Made by a program: the position numbers and the translations under genes
The notes under the pieces: generated by a model
What the model saw: the letters and a program-made list of their open reading frames with translations, nothing else
What the model was told of the DNA's origin: nothing
The model's database searches: none
Shown here: positions 6,751-16,843 of the stretch, piece after piece
Layout: each line of letters opens with the position of its first letter
Position numbering within the stretch: the first letter of the stretch is position 1
Sequence record: OQ992562.1
Reading direction: 5' to 3' (one strand)
DNA length: 64,000 nucleotides

Positions 6751-8298
6751 TTAATATCCCCAGTCATCTCCACCAGTTGCTTGCATGTTACTAAGACTTG
6801 GTACGAAATCCATGTAATTGTTTTCTTCTTTATCGATATCCCATCTAATACCACCAATACGGTCTGGATCAAACGGCATAACAAAATAGTGATGCTTACT
6901 ATCACTTACAACGTTACGGTGTTTACCACGTTGTACAGTTAGATAATACTTACCACTTACTTTAACAATGTGGAAGAAGAATTCCAGATCAGGTTCTTGC
7001 CCAAGTCGACGACAACCATCATAGTAACCTTTGTTAGCAACTTGTTTAACAAAGTCTTCTGGTGGGATATTATCCCTGATTAGTTCTAGTGCCTGAGAAC
7101 TTAACTGGTGTGGACTAAAGAATGTAATACCACGTGGCGCAGTATAATTACGCATTCGCCTAAATAGGAGACGAACGTCATCACCTGCTACACTGGTTAC
7201 TAATCCAGTTTTAGGCAACATGTTTAGATAATCTACGCAGAGATATTGTAGTTCATAACCACGTGCTTGATATGTATCTAGATAGTTAACTAAACCAGCA
7301 ATCGTAAATTCAGTCGGGTCAAAACGGTACATTACTGGCTCGAAACCATTTTCACGAAGACGAGCTGATACATATTCAGCTGCTTCAGCTTTACTAATGG
7401 AACTACGATCTACCTTGATACCTGTTTCATTTTCGTAAATATACTCATAAATGAAAATAAGGTTATCCGGAATCTCATTCTCAAGAGTAATAAACATTAC
7501 TAATGGTTTCTTATTGATATCACGCATGTATGGTTTATTAAATAGACATACATGACAAAATAGACTCATAGAAACGCCAGATTTATATTGGTGTTGTAGG
7601 CCACCACCAATAATGAATTCACCACGTTTTAATGCACCTAGATCACCAAGCATACGGTTAAAGCCTTTCCATCCAGTTCGGAAAGCACCATTTGGTGAAA
7701 GAATGGTTTTAGCTTCTTCGAAGAATCCTTCAATAGAATCTAAATTACCAAAATCAAGTGCACCCATTTCAGCTGGGTGTTTCTCTTCAGCACGGGCGCG
7801 AATATATGGGTCAGCTCTGGTTGCCATTTCATTAATGATTGCCGGAATATCAGCAGAGCCTCTATTGAAAAGAATTTTTGATGAACATTCTTTTACAATA
7901 GCTTTTACCTTTTCATCAGCTAAGTAGCTATTTAGATCACGACGATATGATGTTACACGCATAGCTAATGCCATGCCATTTGGAAATTCTTCTTCTACCG
8001 CATTTTTAACAGCATCGTATAGATAACTTTCTTCACGACAACATACTTGTAGTGATTGTAATACCTGTTGGGTAGCTGGGAAATATGTTTTCTGTTTCTT
8101 ATTTAGATCCACTAGTAGATTACGAAGATCTAAAAATGTTTGCCGACCATGATCTACATCTAATGTACCACCCTTATCATTTAGAGTATCAAGAATCTCG
8201 GTAACCAATTCATTGGATGGTTCCACAGGAGAATCTTCTCGATTTTCTAAACATAATAGAGTGATACATGAAACGAGTAATTGTTTTGGACTTGACAT
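6751..8298 (-). CDS. dnaB: DnaB-like replicative helicase (phiKZ gp118-like)
   Basis: FRTGWKGFNRMLG, variant P-loop GGLQHQYKS, FITLE, Walker B LCVDYLNML, SPHQLS, GKHR motifs. Confidence 0.9.
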   Translation of the reverse strand: MSSPKQLLVSCITLLCLENREDSPVEPSNELVTEILDTLNDKGGTLDVDHGRQTFLDLRNLLVDLNKKQKTYFPATQQVLQSLQVCCREESYLYDAVKNAVEEEFPNGMALAMRVTSYRRDLNSYLADEKVKAIVKECSSKILFNRGSADIPAIINEMATRADPYIRARAEEKHPAEMGALDFGNLDSIEGFFEEAKTILSPNGAFRTGWKGFNRMLGDLGALKRGEFIIGGGLQHQYKSGVSMSLFCHVCLFNKPYMRDINKKPLVMFITLENEIPDNLIFIYEYIYENETGIKVDRSSISKAEAAEYVSARLRENGFEPVMYRFDPTEFTIAGLVNYLDTYQARGYELQYLCVDYLNMLPKTGLVTSVAGDDVRLLFRRMRNYTAPRGITFFSPHQLSSQALELIRDNIPPEDFVKQVANKGYYDGCRRLGQEPDLEFFFHIVKVSGKYYLTVQRGKHRNVVSDSKHHYFVMPFDPDRIGGIRWDIDKEENNYMDFVPSLSNMQATGGDDWGY

Positions 8299-8387
8299 TT
8301 TTATAGATTTCCAATTGTGAAATTAAGAGATGTACAGTGTATCATTTAGATAGCTAGTAATTTTAGTGAATGTATTTGCTATATTGC

Positions 8388-8391
8388 TATG
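8388..8391 (+). promoter_or_regulatory. Late promoter TATG motif (P119L-like)
   Basis: TATG 47 nt upstream of gp119-like start in divergent gap; TATG is the established phiKZ late consensus. Confidence 0.6.
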
Positions 8392-8437
8392 TAGACAGTT
8401 CCCAAAAGCCTAAAGTTACAATATAGGTACTTTCACA

Positions 8438-8971
8438 ATGACCCAAGTTCTGGTTATGCCAAAAGCTGTTTTTGAATCATATAAAACAGCAGGTGTACAA
8501 TTTAACAAATTGTTAGACACCAACTATATAGTTTCCGAAACCTCCGTAAATGATCTTGCGGAGATACATCAGGCTTTAACTGCTTTCCCCTTTCTATTAC
8601 CAGAAAAACTAGATATTAAGTTAGCAGTAAGCCCGATAATTAAAGTTGCTGAGCTAGGTGAAATAGACGGTCCTGAACAATTTAAGATGAAGGATTTACA
8701 CAATCGTTTAGAGAGCCGCCTAGCGACTAATGAACTTAGGGATGCAGGTAACCGTAATTTAGTGTACGATTATTACCTATATCCTGTAGATGAGAATCTG
8801 TGGGTTGCGGTGCAGCAGAGTGCGCACATTGCAAGTAGCGATCCTAGACGTGTCTCAATTCAACTTAACCATACTTTCTTTGATAGTATGATAAATGAAA
8901 TGTTGAACACCCGCCCACGTGAATCCGTGGCGTCAACACAAATTTTTACCTATTATTTGGAGAGCTGCTAG
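8438..8971 (+). CDS. Minor head protein (phiKZ gp119-like)
   Basis: 177 aa immediately upstream of the major capsid gene; synteny. Confidence 0.7.
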   Translation: MTQVLVMPKAVFESYKTAGVQFNKLLDTNYIVSETSVNDLAEIHQALTAFPFLLPEKLDIKLAVSPIIKVAELGEIDGPEQFKMKDLHNRLESRLATNELRDAGNRNLVYDYYLYPVDENLWVAVQQSAHIASSDPRRVSIQLNHTFFDSMINEMLNTRPRESVASTQIFTYYLESC

Positions 8972-9043
8972 GTTGATTCCGGAAAAGATGCTTAGTAGAC
9001 CCAAATTTTTAAACCAAAAACTCATCCTACGTAGGAATAAAAA

Positions 9044-11287
9044 ATGAGCGTACATGCCCTAAGAGAACTGTTTAAACACAAAGGCGAAAAGAAATACGAA
9101 GTCTTCTCAATGGAAGATTTCATTGGCCGCCTAGAAAGTGAAATTGGTCTAAATGACAGCATTGTTAGTCAAGGTCGTTCCCTTGTTAGCACCATTTCAC
9201 ATGAAAACTTCGGTACCGTACAAGCTACCGACGTTCAAGATGCTGCTGCAATTTATAACAAAATGCAAATGCTCGTTAACGACTATGGTTTCGAACGAGT
9301 AAGTTCCAGTGATCCTCAAGTACGTGCTCGTGAAGAACGTGTTCGTGAGAACCAGATCACTGCTGCTACCATGGCTGCTATCGCCTGTGCTGATGAAACT
9401 AAATATATCCGTGCACTACGTGGTATTACCAAAGCTAAAGCTTCTAACGAAGATCATGTTAAGGTTGTACAGCATCAGTTCAATGGCCCTGCTGGTGGCA
9501 TTCAAGTATTCGAAAATGGTGTTGGCCTAGAGAACTATAACGAGAAGTCACAGCGTGATTTCCGTGTTGTAACTATTGGTTATAACCTAGCTGCTAGCCG
9601 TCAGGATGAATTCGCTGAGCGTATCTATCCGACCACCGTTATCAACCCGATTGAAGGTGGTGTTGTTCAGGTTCTTCCTTACATCGCTGTAATGAAAGAC
9701 GTTTACCACGAAGTATCCGGCGTTAAGATGGATAACGAAGAAGTGAACATGGTAGAAGCCTATCGTGATCCTTCCATCCTCGACGACGAAAGCATTGCAC
9801 TAATTCCTGCCCTAGATCCGGCTGGTTCCAATGCTGACTTCTTCGTAGACCCGGCTCTTGTTCCTCCGTACACCATCAAGAACGAGCAGAACCTAACTAT
9901 CACTACTGCTCCGCTAAAAGCGAACGTACGTCTTGATCTAATGGGTAACTCCAATGCTAACCTACTCATCCAGCGTGGCATGCTTGAAGTTTCTGACACC
10001 ATTGATCCGGCTGGTCGTCTAAAGAACCTATTCGTTCTACTCGGTGGTAAAGTTGTTAAGTTCAAGGTTGACCGTCTACCTCGCGCTGTGTTCCAGCCCG
10101 ATCTAGTTGGTGATACCCGGAACGCTGTTATCCGTTTCGATAGCGACGATCTAGTTGTTAGTGGCGATACCACTTTCATCGATGGTTCAGCTGACGGTGT
10201 TATCAATGATCTTAAGACCGCTAAACTAAGCCTACGTCTAAGCGTTGGTTTTGGTGGTACAATCAGCCTATCCAAAGGCGATTCTAAGTTTGGTGCTACC
10301 GACACTTACGTCGATAAAGTTCTAAACGAAGATGGTCAGGTAATGGATAATGCTGACCCGGCTGTTAAAGCTATTCTAGATCAGCTAACTGACCTAGCGG
10401 TTATCGGTTTCGAACTAGACACTCGCTTCACCAACACTAACCGTCGTCAGCGTGGTCACCTACTACAGACCCGTGCGCTACAGTTCCGTCATCCGATCCC
10501 GATGCACGCTCCTGTAACTCTACCGATGGACACCATGACCGATGAAGGTCCGGGTGAGGTTGTTAAAGCTCTAACTGTTAACACCAACATCCGTAACAGC
10601 AACAACGCTGTTAAGCGCATGCTTAACTACCTTGCTCAACTACGTGAAGTTGTACACAATGGTTACAACCGTCCGAAGTTTGGTATCATCGAAGGTGCAC
10701 TATCCGCTGTAATGCGTCCGACCTATCGTTACAAAGAACTAGATCTTGAGAAAGTCATCGACACCATCAAGTCTAAAGATCGTTGGGACGACGTTTGCGC
10801 TGCGATCCTAAACTGTGTTAAAGCTGAGCTATTCCCGGCTCACCGTGATTCCAACATTGAAGCTGCCTTCCGTGTTATCTCCGGTAACCAGGATGAAACT
10901 CCGATGTATCTCTTCTGCTCCGACAAAGAGATTGCTAACTATCTAATGACTAAAGGTGACGACCGTACTCTAGGTGCTTATCTCAAGTACGATATCGTTT
11001 CCACCAACAACCAGCTATTCGATGGTAAGCTAGTTGTAATTCCGACCCGCGCAGTACAACAAGAAAACGACATCCTCTCCTGGGGTCAGTTCTTCTACGT
11101 ATCTACTGTTATCGCTGACCTACCGATCACCCGTGGTGGTCACCAGGTTACTCGCGAAATCGCGGCCATTCCGTTCAACCTACACGTCAACAACATTCCG
11201 TTCGCACTAGAGTTCAAGATCACTGGCTTCCAGAAAGTCATGGGCGAAACTCAGTTCAACGGTAAGCTTGCTGATCTTAAGCCGTGA
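9044..11287 (+). CDS. Major capsid protein precursor (phiKZ gp120-like)
   Basis: 747 aa, strong codon bias; S/A/G-X-E protease sites including GLE161-163; AGGA RBS; ends TGA. Confidence 0.95.
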   Translation: MSVHALRELFKHKGEKKYEVFSMEDFIGRLESEIGLNDSIVSQGRSLVSTISHENFGTVQATDVQDAAAIYNKMQMLVNDYGFERVSSSDPQVRAREERVRENQITAATMAAIACADETKYIRALRGITKAKASNEDHVKVVQHQFNGPAGGIQVFENGVGLENYNEKSQRDFRVVTIGYNLAASRQDEFAERIYPTTVINPIEGGVVQVLPYIAVMKDVYHEVSGVKMDNEEVNMVEAYRDPSILDDESIALIPALDPAGSNADFFVDPALVPPYTIKNEQNLTITTAPLKANVRLDLMGNSNANLLIQRGMLEVSDTIDPAGRLKNLFVLLGGKVVKFKVDRLPRAVFQPDLVGDTRNAVIRFDSDDLVVSGDTTFIDGSADGVINDLKTAKLSLRLSVGFGGTISLSKGDSKFGATDTYVDKVLNEDGQVMDNADPAVKAILDQLTDLAVIGFELDTRFTNTNRRQRGHLLQTRALQFRHPIPMHAPVTLPMDTMTDEGPGEVVKALTVNTNIRNSNNAVKRMLNYLAQLREVVHNGYNRPKFGIIEGALSAVMRPTYRYKELDLEKVIDTIKSKDRWDDVCAAILNCVKAELFPAHRDSNIEAAFRVISGNQDETPMYLFCSDKEIANYLMTKGDDRTLGAYLKYDIVSTNNQLFDGKLVVIPTRAVQQENDILSWGQFFYVSTVIADLPITRGGHQVTREIAAIPFNLHVNNIPFALEFKITGFQKVMGETQFNGKLADLKP

Positions 11288-11368
11288 GCTGGAAAGGGTT
11301 ACCGTTATCTAGAAAATGGGACTATCCGTTATTTGGAAGACGGTAATGCCCGGAAGTTAGAAGAGTAA
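11288..11368 (+). other. Putative stop-codon readthrough extension of the capsid protein (26 aa)
   Basis: In frame after TGA: AGKGYRYLENGTIRYLEDGNARKLEE-TAA, upstream of the terminator; matches C-terminus of 36464..36997. Confidence 0.65.
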
Positions 11369-11377
11369 CAGACATAG

Positions 11378-11397
11378 GCCCTCCCTTCGGGGAGGGC
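11378..11397 (+). terminator. Terminator of capsid operon
   Basis: GCCCTCCC-TTCG-GGGAGGGC-TTTATG. Confidence 0.85.
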
Positions 11398-11408
11398 TTT
11401 ATGTTGTA

Positions 11409-11442
11409 TTACATTAAAAAAAGTTTAAGATCTATATTACAG
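11409..11442 (+). promoter_or_regulatory. Early (virion RNAP) promoter
   Basis: A-tract plus TATATTAC core (11433-11440); 33/34 identical to 63117-63150. Confidence 0.85.
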
Positions 11443-11483
11443 TAATGATCATGATCTTCTAATTTAAAAATAGGTTAATCCAA

Positions 11484-11936
11484 ATGAACGTTCAATTATT
11501 TCCAGAAGTCATCGAAAGATGGCAAGATGCCCTAAGGGTATCTCTTATAGAAAAAAATACCATGGTAGATAATAAGATGTCTACCGTAGATGATGATAAA
11601 TACATTAATACTTTCTTTGAAGAATTCCATCCTGTTCAGGATGCCTTTATGCCCAAAGGGCTAGAGGACTTTATTACTGATTATGCCAAGAAAAACATTG
11701 AGGAGATCCTTCAAGAAAAACAGTTTAAGCGGGCCACCGAAAAGTTATATTGTTCGAGTGACCCGCATAAATGGCAGAAATCAAGTAATAAGGAAAAGAG
11801 TGAATCCTTTAAGGGAAGGTCCGTACATCAAACTAAAAAGAGGCTCCCCAACATTGTAGATTTGGAGGCCGTTGTGATTAAGGTAGATTTCAATGGTAAC
11901 ACTAAAAATTGCGGGGCTTACTCAAGTATCAGTTAA
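11484..11936 (+). CDS. Hypothetical early protein (gp121-like)
   Basis: AGGT RBS downstream of early promoter. Confidence 0.65.
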   Translation: MNVQLFPEVIERWQDALRVSLIEKNTMVDNKMSTVDDDKYINTFFEEFHPVQDAFMPKGLEDFITDYAKKNIEEILQEKQFKRATEKLYCSSDPHKWQKSSNKEKSESFKGRSVHQTKKRLPNIVDLEAVVIKVDFNGNTKNCGAYSSIS

Positions 11937-12975
11937 GCCTACTATCGATCACCCGTATGATAAGAAATCGGGAACTGCATACACTAAGGGTGATCCATAC
12001 GCTAATTGGAATCTCCCTGTCTCACGTTTTGTTGAGTATCGGAATGAATCATTTCATCGTATTACTGTAGTCGATTCATCTGGTCACGCTATCAATATTG
12101 GGACATCCCGTAAGTATGTAATGTCTAATAGACTAGTAGTTAAGGTCATTTACCGATGGAGTGGTGATGATAGTTTTAACTATGAAGTTATGGCTAAATC
12201 TATTCCAGGTTTTACACCTGAGGAAATGTTAGAATATATTCAGTCATTTAGTCGACAGACATTCGATCAGTTTAATAACCAGCTATCTGAGATTACTATT
12301 TGGTATTCAATTGACTTATCAAAACTAGTAGATCAGTATCATGGTGGTTGGATTCAGAGTTTAGGTATCCAAGTATTTAAAACTGAGTATAGTCAGTATT
12401 TTGAATTTTATCCAAATAGAAATATTAGTCCTCCTGGTTACAGCGGACTTAGTCCAGAAGAAGAAGCACTTTCTAATCAAGTATGGAATGAAACATATTC
12501 TTTAACGTATAATACTGACATCAATAAACCAGATAAATTGTTTTATGTAATGGCTGGCAGAATTATGGCCATTGAGTCAATCTATAATCCATCATTAGAT
12601 CCTGGTCTTATTGTTAATATCCGTGGTAAGCATGGATGTATTAGTCATAATGGCGAAAAGAGATATGTAATACCTCCTGAACAGTTCCATGAAAATGGTT
12701 TCTTTAGAACACATGAAGAAGCTGCTGCAATGGTTGGAATTAAAGATAAGAAAGTTATTGAACGTCTTAAGACTGCGCTCTTAACGGCGGCTGATATTAA
12801 GGAAAGGGAAGCCCAGGAAAAAGCAGCTGGTACGTTTGATAAAGAATTCAAACCAAAAGATGTTGTATTGATTCATGGTCTAAAATGGGGTGATCTAAAC
12901 TCCATTGCCTCTGATCTAGTATCATCCATTAAAATTGTAGGTTCACTGATGGATTTAATTTTGCCAAAAGTTTAG
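11893..12975 (+). CDS. Hypothetical conserved protein (gp122-like)
   Basis: 360 aa; AAGGT RBS; amphipathic-looking C-terminal helix. Confidence 0.75.
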   Translation: MVTLKIAGLTQVSVKPTIDHPYDKKSGTAYTKGDPYANWNLPVSRFVEYRNESFHRITVVDSSGHAINIGTSRKYVMSNRLVVKVIYRWSGDDSFNYEVMAKSIPGFTPEEMLEYIQSFSRQTFDQFNNQLSEITIWYSIDLSKLVDQYHGGWIQSLGIQVFKTEYSQYFEFYPNRNISPPGYSGLSPEEEALSNQVWNETYSLTYNTDINKPDKLFYVMAGRIMAIESIYNPSLDPGLIVNIRGKHGCISHNGEKRYVIPPEQFHENGFFRTHEEAAAMVGIKDKKVIERLKTALLTAADIKEREAQEKAAGTFDKEFKPKDVVLIHGLKWGDLNSIASDLVSSIKIVGSLMDLILPKV

Positions 12976-12984
12976 GAGTTTATA

Positions 12985-14616
12985 ATGCCGGATCCATTTC
13001 TAATTGAAAAGATTCGTGAAAATACGCCTTGCATGAATCCAACACTAGCAAATGGTATCACAGTCGAACACACCATGACTCGTGATCCAAATACTGGTGT
13101 TAATATGACCAGGCGTTATATTGATTCTTTATTTGATATCAGTTCAGTTCTATTTCCCGATGGCTTCAAATATGAAGGCAATCGTGCATGTACACCGCTT
13201 AAGCATTTTGAAGAGATTACTCGGGAATATAATGCTAAGCGTATTGCCAATATTGCTCCAACTGACATGTACATGATTGACCTAATGTTTAGTTATAAAG
13301 GGGAAATGCTTTATCCTCGTCCAATGTTGTTACCAGCTTTTAAGAGAGGCAATATGGTAACTATCAATGGTGCGAAATATATCGGTTCACCAGTATTAAC
13401 TGATGTTGGGTTCTCTGTACTTAATGATAGCATCTTCATCCCGTTTCGTCGTACTAAGCTAACCTTTAAACAAACTGACCACCATTACATGTGCAATGGT
13501 CAGCGTAAAATCATGTATGTGATCTGGTCACAGATTCACAATGAAATGGCTAAGCGTACTAAACGAGATCTGGATAATCGACCACATATTGAGTCATGTT
13601 TAGCTCATTATTTCTTCTGTCAGTTTGGAGTAACTCAAACTTTCAAACAATGGGCTAATGTAGATGTTAAGTGTGGACTGCTGTCTGATTTTCCTGAAGA
13701 AGAATATCCACGTGAAAAGTGGAATATTTATTCCAGTGCAACATTAAAAGGCAAACATCCCACCGGTGAAATGGTTCTTGTTATACCTCGTCATCAAGAA
13801 TCTATTTTTGCCACACGACTTATCGCTGGTTTCTGGTATGTGGTCGATGCATTTCCAATGCGGTTTACTCGACCTGAATATGTAGATAGTACCAACTTAT
13901 GGCGTGTTATCCTAGGTCACATGGTGTTTGGTGATTTTGAGCACCAAGGTAAAGTAGAGGAAAACATTGATTCACACCTACACAGTTTCTGTAATTCACT
14001 AGACGAAATGACTATTGAAGAACTTAAAACAGTTGGTGTCAATGTAAGTACTATTTGGGAACTTCTTTACGAGATCATGACTAGTTTGGCTCATCATCTT
14101 TATGCTACTGATATTGATGAAACTAGTATGTATGGTAAAAGGTTAACAGTACTGCATTACTTGATGTCAGAGTTTAACTATGCTGTAAGTATGTTTGGTT
14201 ATATGTTCCAGTCTAGGCGTGATCGTGAATGGACTGTACAAGAGCTAAACGAAGGTTTAAAACGTTCTTTTAAACTACAGACAGCTATTAAACGATTAAC
14301 AGTGGACCATGGTGAACTCGATACAATGAGTAATCCAAACTCCAGTATGTTGATTAAAGGGACATCTATCCTAGTTACACAGGATCGCGCTAAAACAGCT
14401 AAGGCTCATAATAAGTCTCTAATCAATGACTCATCTAGGATTATTCACGCATCTATTGCTGAGGTAGGTCAATATAAAAACCAACCTAAGAACAACCCGG
14501 ATGGTCGAGGTAGGCTTAATATGTATACCAAAGTGGGTCCAACTGGACTAGTTGAACGTCGTGAAGAAGTGCGTGAAATAATTGACAACGCTCAATTAAT
14601 GTTCCGTGCAAAATAA
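12985..14616 (+). CDS. Non-virion RNA polymerase subunit, beta N-terminal part (phiKZ gp123-like)
   Basis: 543 aa; recalled similarity to gp123; INGAKY segment; lies in early operon; AGGAG RBS. Confidence 0.85.
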   Translation: MPDPFLIEKIRENTPCMNPTLANGITVEHTMTRDPNTGVNMTRRYIDSLFDISSVLFPDGFKYEGNRACTPLKHFEEITREYNAKRIANIAPTDMYMIDLMFSYKGEMLYPRPMLLPAFKRGNMVTINGAKYIGSPVLTDVGFSVLNDSIFIPFRRTKLTFKQTDHHYMCNGQRKIMYVIWSQIHNEMAKRTKRDLDNRPHIESCLAHYFFCQFGVTQTFKQWANVDVKCGLLSDFPEEEYPREKWNIYSSATLKGKHPTGEMVLVIPRHQESIFATRLIAGFWYVVDAFPMRFTRPEYVDSTNLWRVILGHMVFGDFEHQGKVEENIDSHLHSFCNSLDEMTIEELKTVGVNVSTIWELLYEIMTSLAHHLYATDIDETSMYGKRLTVLHYLMSEFNYAVSMFGYMFQSRRDREWTVQELNEGLKRSFKLQTAIKRLTVDHGELDTMSNPNSSMLIKGTSILVTQDRAKTAKAHNKSLINDSSRIIHASIAEVGQYKNQPKNNPDGRGRLNMYTKVGPTGLVERREEVREIIDNAQLMFRAK

Positions 14617-14651
14617 ATTAAATCTTTAACTACTTAATAGGTATTATTCAC

Positions 14652-16817
14652 ATGAACTATGCACAGTACAATCTACCTGTCGATTTTGAGAGTGTAGATA
14701 CCAGTACTTTCGATCCTAACCTACCTAATGGGAATTATCTGTTTAGCCTACCGCTACAGTTATCACCACATCAACAACATCCTCAACTACAACCATATTT
14801 CAATGGTGTAATTGGGCTGTTCCGGCTGAATGCTCAAAATGCTGCTACTACCACCCAGCTTCATGCATTTGCGTATAATCTGCTATCTAGTAATGGTTTT
14901 CAGAATAACTATTATCAGCAGTGGGCTCAGAAAGTTATTGACTTTCTAGAGTTTCTATTTATTCATCGTCAAATGGTGAATAACCCACAGCAGGCAATGC
15001 AGCAAGCTGCATCTCTAGTATGGTCTGGTTTTGTTGGTAAATGTGCTCAAACCTTCCCGCAGCTACAAAGTCTAGTTCAACATCTAATGCCGAATATCCA
15101 ACAGGCACTTGGTGTAATCGGGCAGATTGAATCAGATATCCAAAAGATGCGTATGGGTGGTAACACCATGATGCAGGGTGGATATCAACAACCTGGTGTA
15201 CAGCCTGGAAGTTTCCCTGGGATGGGTGCAGCAATGGGTCGTCCTGGCATGAGTTCACAACTACCTCCAATTAACGCAGGTATCCAACAGACCTATGGTC
15301 AACCGGCTACCATGGCTAATCCGCAGCTGAACATTCCAGGGGCATATACACCAACAACTAATCATGACACTGGTCCATCAATTGCAAATGCTGCATATGA
15401 CGTACCTGGTTCTTCTCCTTTCCTGGAAAACAAACCAGTCATGCAACCTAAAGACTCTTGGGGTGCCACTGTTGAAGTATCTCCAAATAGTAGTTATGAT
15501 ACAATCCCTGGTGGAGGTGATGTAATGATTCTACCTGAACTACAACAAAATGCAAATACTGTAACTAATGATAATACGGATCTACCCATCCCTCAAGATG
15601 TGAAAGAACTCGTATTCGATCCGAACTATTATGTACCCAATGGATTTGTAATTAATAAAGATCGTCCGATGGATGTTATCTATAATCCAGGTGGCATTGA
15701 AATCCGACCTGCTCATCTAGTTGCAGATAAACCTGATTGGGTACGTACTGCTAGTTCAGCTAATCCATACAGCATCCTAATGGATCCGGCAGTATATTGT
15801 CGCTTCCTTGCTAAATGGCCTGATAACACTGTACATGAAGTATATCGTAAGTGGGAGAATCACATGGAAATGGATTATCTAAAGCATGAGCTTCAAGATG
15901 ATCTCCGTCGTCAAGCACATCGTGGTGGTGGTGCGCGTACTGCAACCAGTTATAAGCTATCTACCATTATGGGTGATGCCAAACCGGTTAAAGAAGTAGC
16001 CGAAGAGTTTTCACCAAATGATGCTGGGTTAACTGATAATCGTGAACATGATCCAGTTATCCTAGAAGGTTATATTGCTTGTGCAAATAATCTTGAAGCA
16101 GAAGCTGGTGCACTCAATGCAGTTCGTGAAGCACTTGAGCTAAGCGAAGATGATGTAGTTCCAGCACATGAGTATCGCGCAGCATCATCCCATCCATTTG
16201 ATGCTTCAACTGAAGTCATGTATGAGATCGAGGATATTCGAAAAGAACCCGATCCGCATCTAATTGCAAAGCGCCTTAAGCAACTAATGCTAGATGGTAA
16301 GCTGGCTCAACGCTACTATCGGTTCCTAGTTGAAAGGCTCACCAGTGCAGTTAATGAGTTCCTGGCTGATTCAATGAGTCAGAAGGTAACCATTGATGAC
16401 TTCTGTGAAGATATCGGTGACCTTATCGCATATCTGATCGGTAAGAAGGGTAAGTCAGTAGCTGATAAATTTACCGCTAGTATTCCGTTTATTGTTGGAC
16501 GGAGTATGTGTGTTAATATTGATCCAGAAGAAGGTAATTCTATTCTAGATCTATCAGTGCGTTTCCAAACTGGCTGGCGCCTTGAGGAACTATCCTGCCT
16601 AAATATTTATACCGAGAAAGCAGTGCTTATCAGTAAACTTACTGAACCTAAGATTACTCAAGTAATCATGGGAATGGCAAAGCGTCTAAATAGCTCTAAA
16701 GATTCAGATGATGCACGTACCCACAAAATGTACATTATCACTGCTGATGGATCTTATCTACAAGTTATTCGTGGCGCTCTTGTTGATAATGCTGTTCTAC
16801 TTAAGCTTATCAAATAA
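14652..16817 (+). CDS. Conserved hypothetical protein with Q/G/M/P-rich low-complexity linker (gp124-like)
   Basis: 721 aa; MGGNTMMQGGYQQPGVQPGSFPGMGAAMGRPGM region. Confidence 0.8.
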   Translation: MNYAQYNLPVDFESVDTSTFDPNLPNGNYLFSLPLQLSPHQQHPQLQPYFNGVIGLFRLNAQNAATTTQLHAFAYNLLSSNGFQNNYYQQWAQKVIDFLEFLFIHRQMVNNPQQAMQQAASLVWSGFVGKCAQTFPQLQSLVQHLMPNIQQALGVIGQIESDIQKMRMGGNTMMQGGYQQPGVQPGSFPGMGAAMGRPGMSSQLPPINAGIQQTYGQPATMANPQLNIPGAYTPTTNHDTGPSIANAAYDVPGSSPFLENKPVMQPKDSWGATVEVSPNSSYDTIPGGGDVMILPELQQNANTVTNDNTDLPIPQDVKELVFDPNYYVPNGFVINKDRPMDVIYNPGGIEIRPAHLVADKPDWVRTASSANPYSILMDPAVYCRFLAKWPDNTVHEVYRKWENHMEMDYLKHELQDDLRRQAHRGGGARTATSYKLSTIMGDAKPVKEVAEEFSPNDAGLTDNREHDPVILEGYIACANNLEAEAGALNAVREALELSEDDVVPAHEYRAASSHPFDASTEVMYEIEDIRKEPDPHLIAKRLKQLMLDGKLAQRYYRFLVERLTSAVNEFLADSMSQKVTIDDFCEDIGDLIAYLIGKKGKSVADKFTASIPFIVGRSMCVNIDPEEGNSILDLSVRFQTGWRLEELSCLNIYTEKAVLISKLTEPKITQVIMGMAKRLNSSKDSDDARTHKMYIITADGSYLQVIRGALVDNAVLLKLIK

Positions 16818-16825
16818 GCATGAAA

Positions 16826-16843
16826 GCCCCTCTTCGGAGGGGC
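16826..16843 (+). terminator. Terminator
   Basis: GCCCCTC-TTCG-GAGGGGC. Confidence 0.8.

Noticed and set aside
6702-6905. 67-aa ORF listed as +
   Set aside because: It is actually minus strand, out of frame within the helicase 3' end and running through its terminator; not a gene.
9309-10305. Overlapping ORFs of 73 and 181 aa inside the capsid gene
   Set aside because: By-products of strong codon bias (few stops in other frames).
11284-11346. Alternative 20-codon ORF from the GTGA overlap at the capsid stop (VSWKGLPLSRKWDYPLFGRR)
   Set aside because: No RBS, and the conserved repeat motif is in the capsid frame, not this one. It cannot be fully excluded without ribosome profiling.
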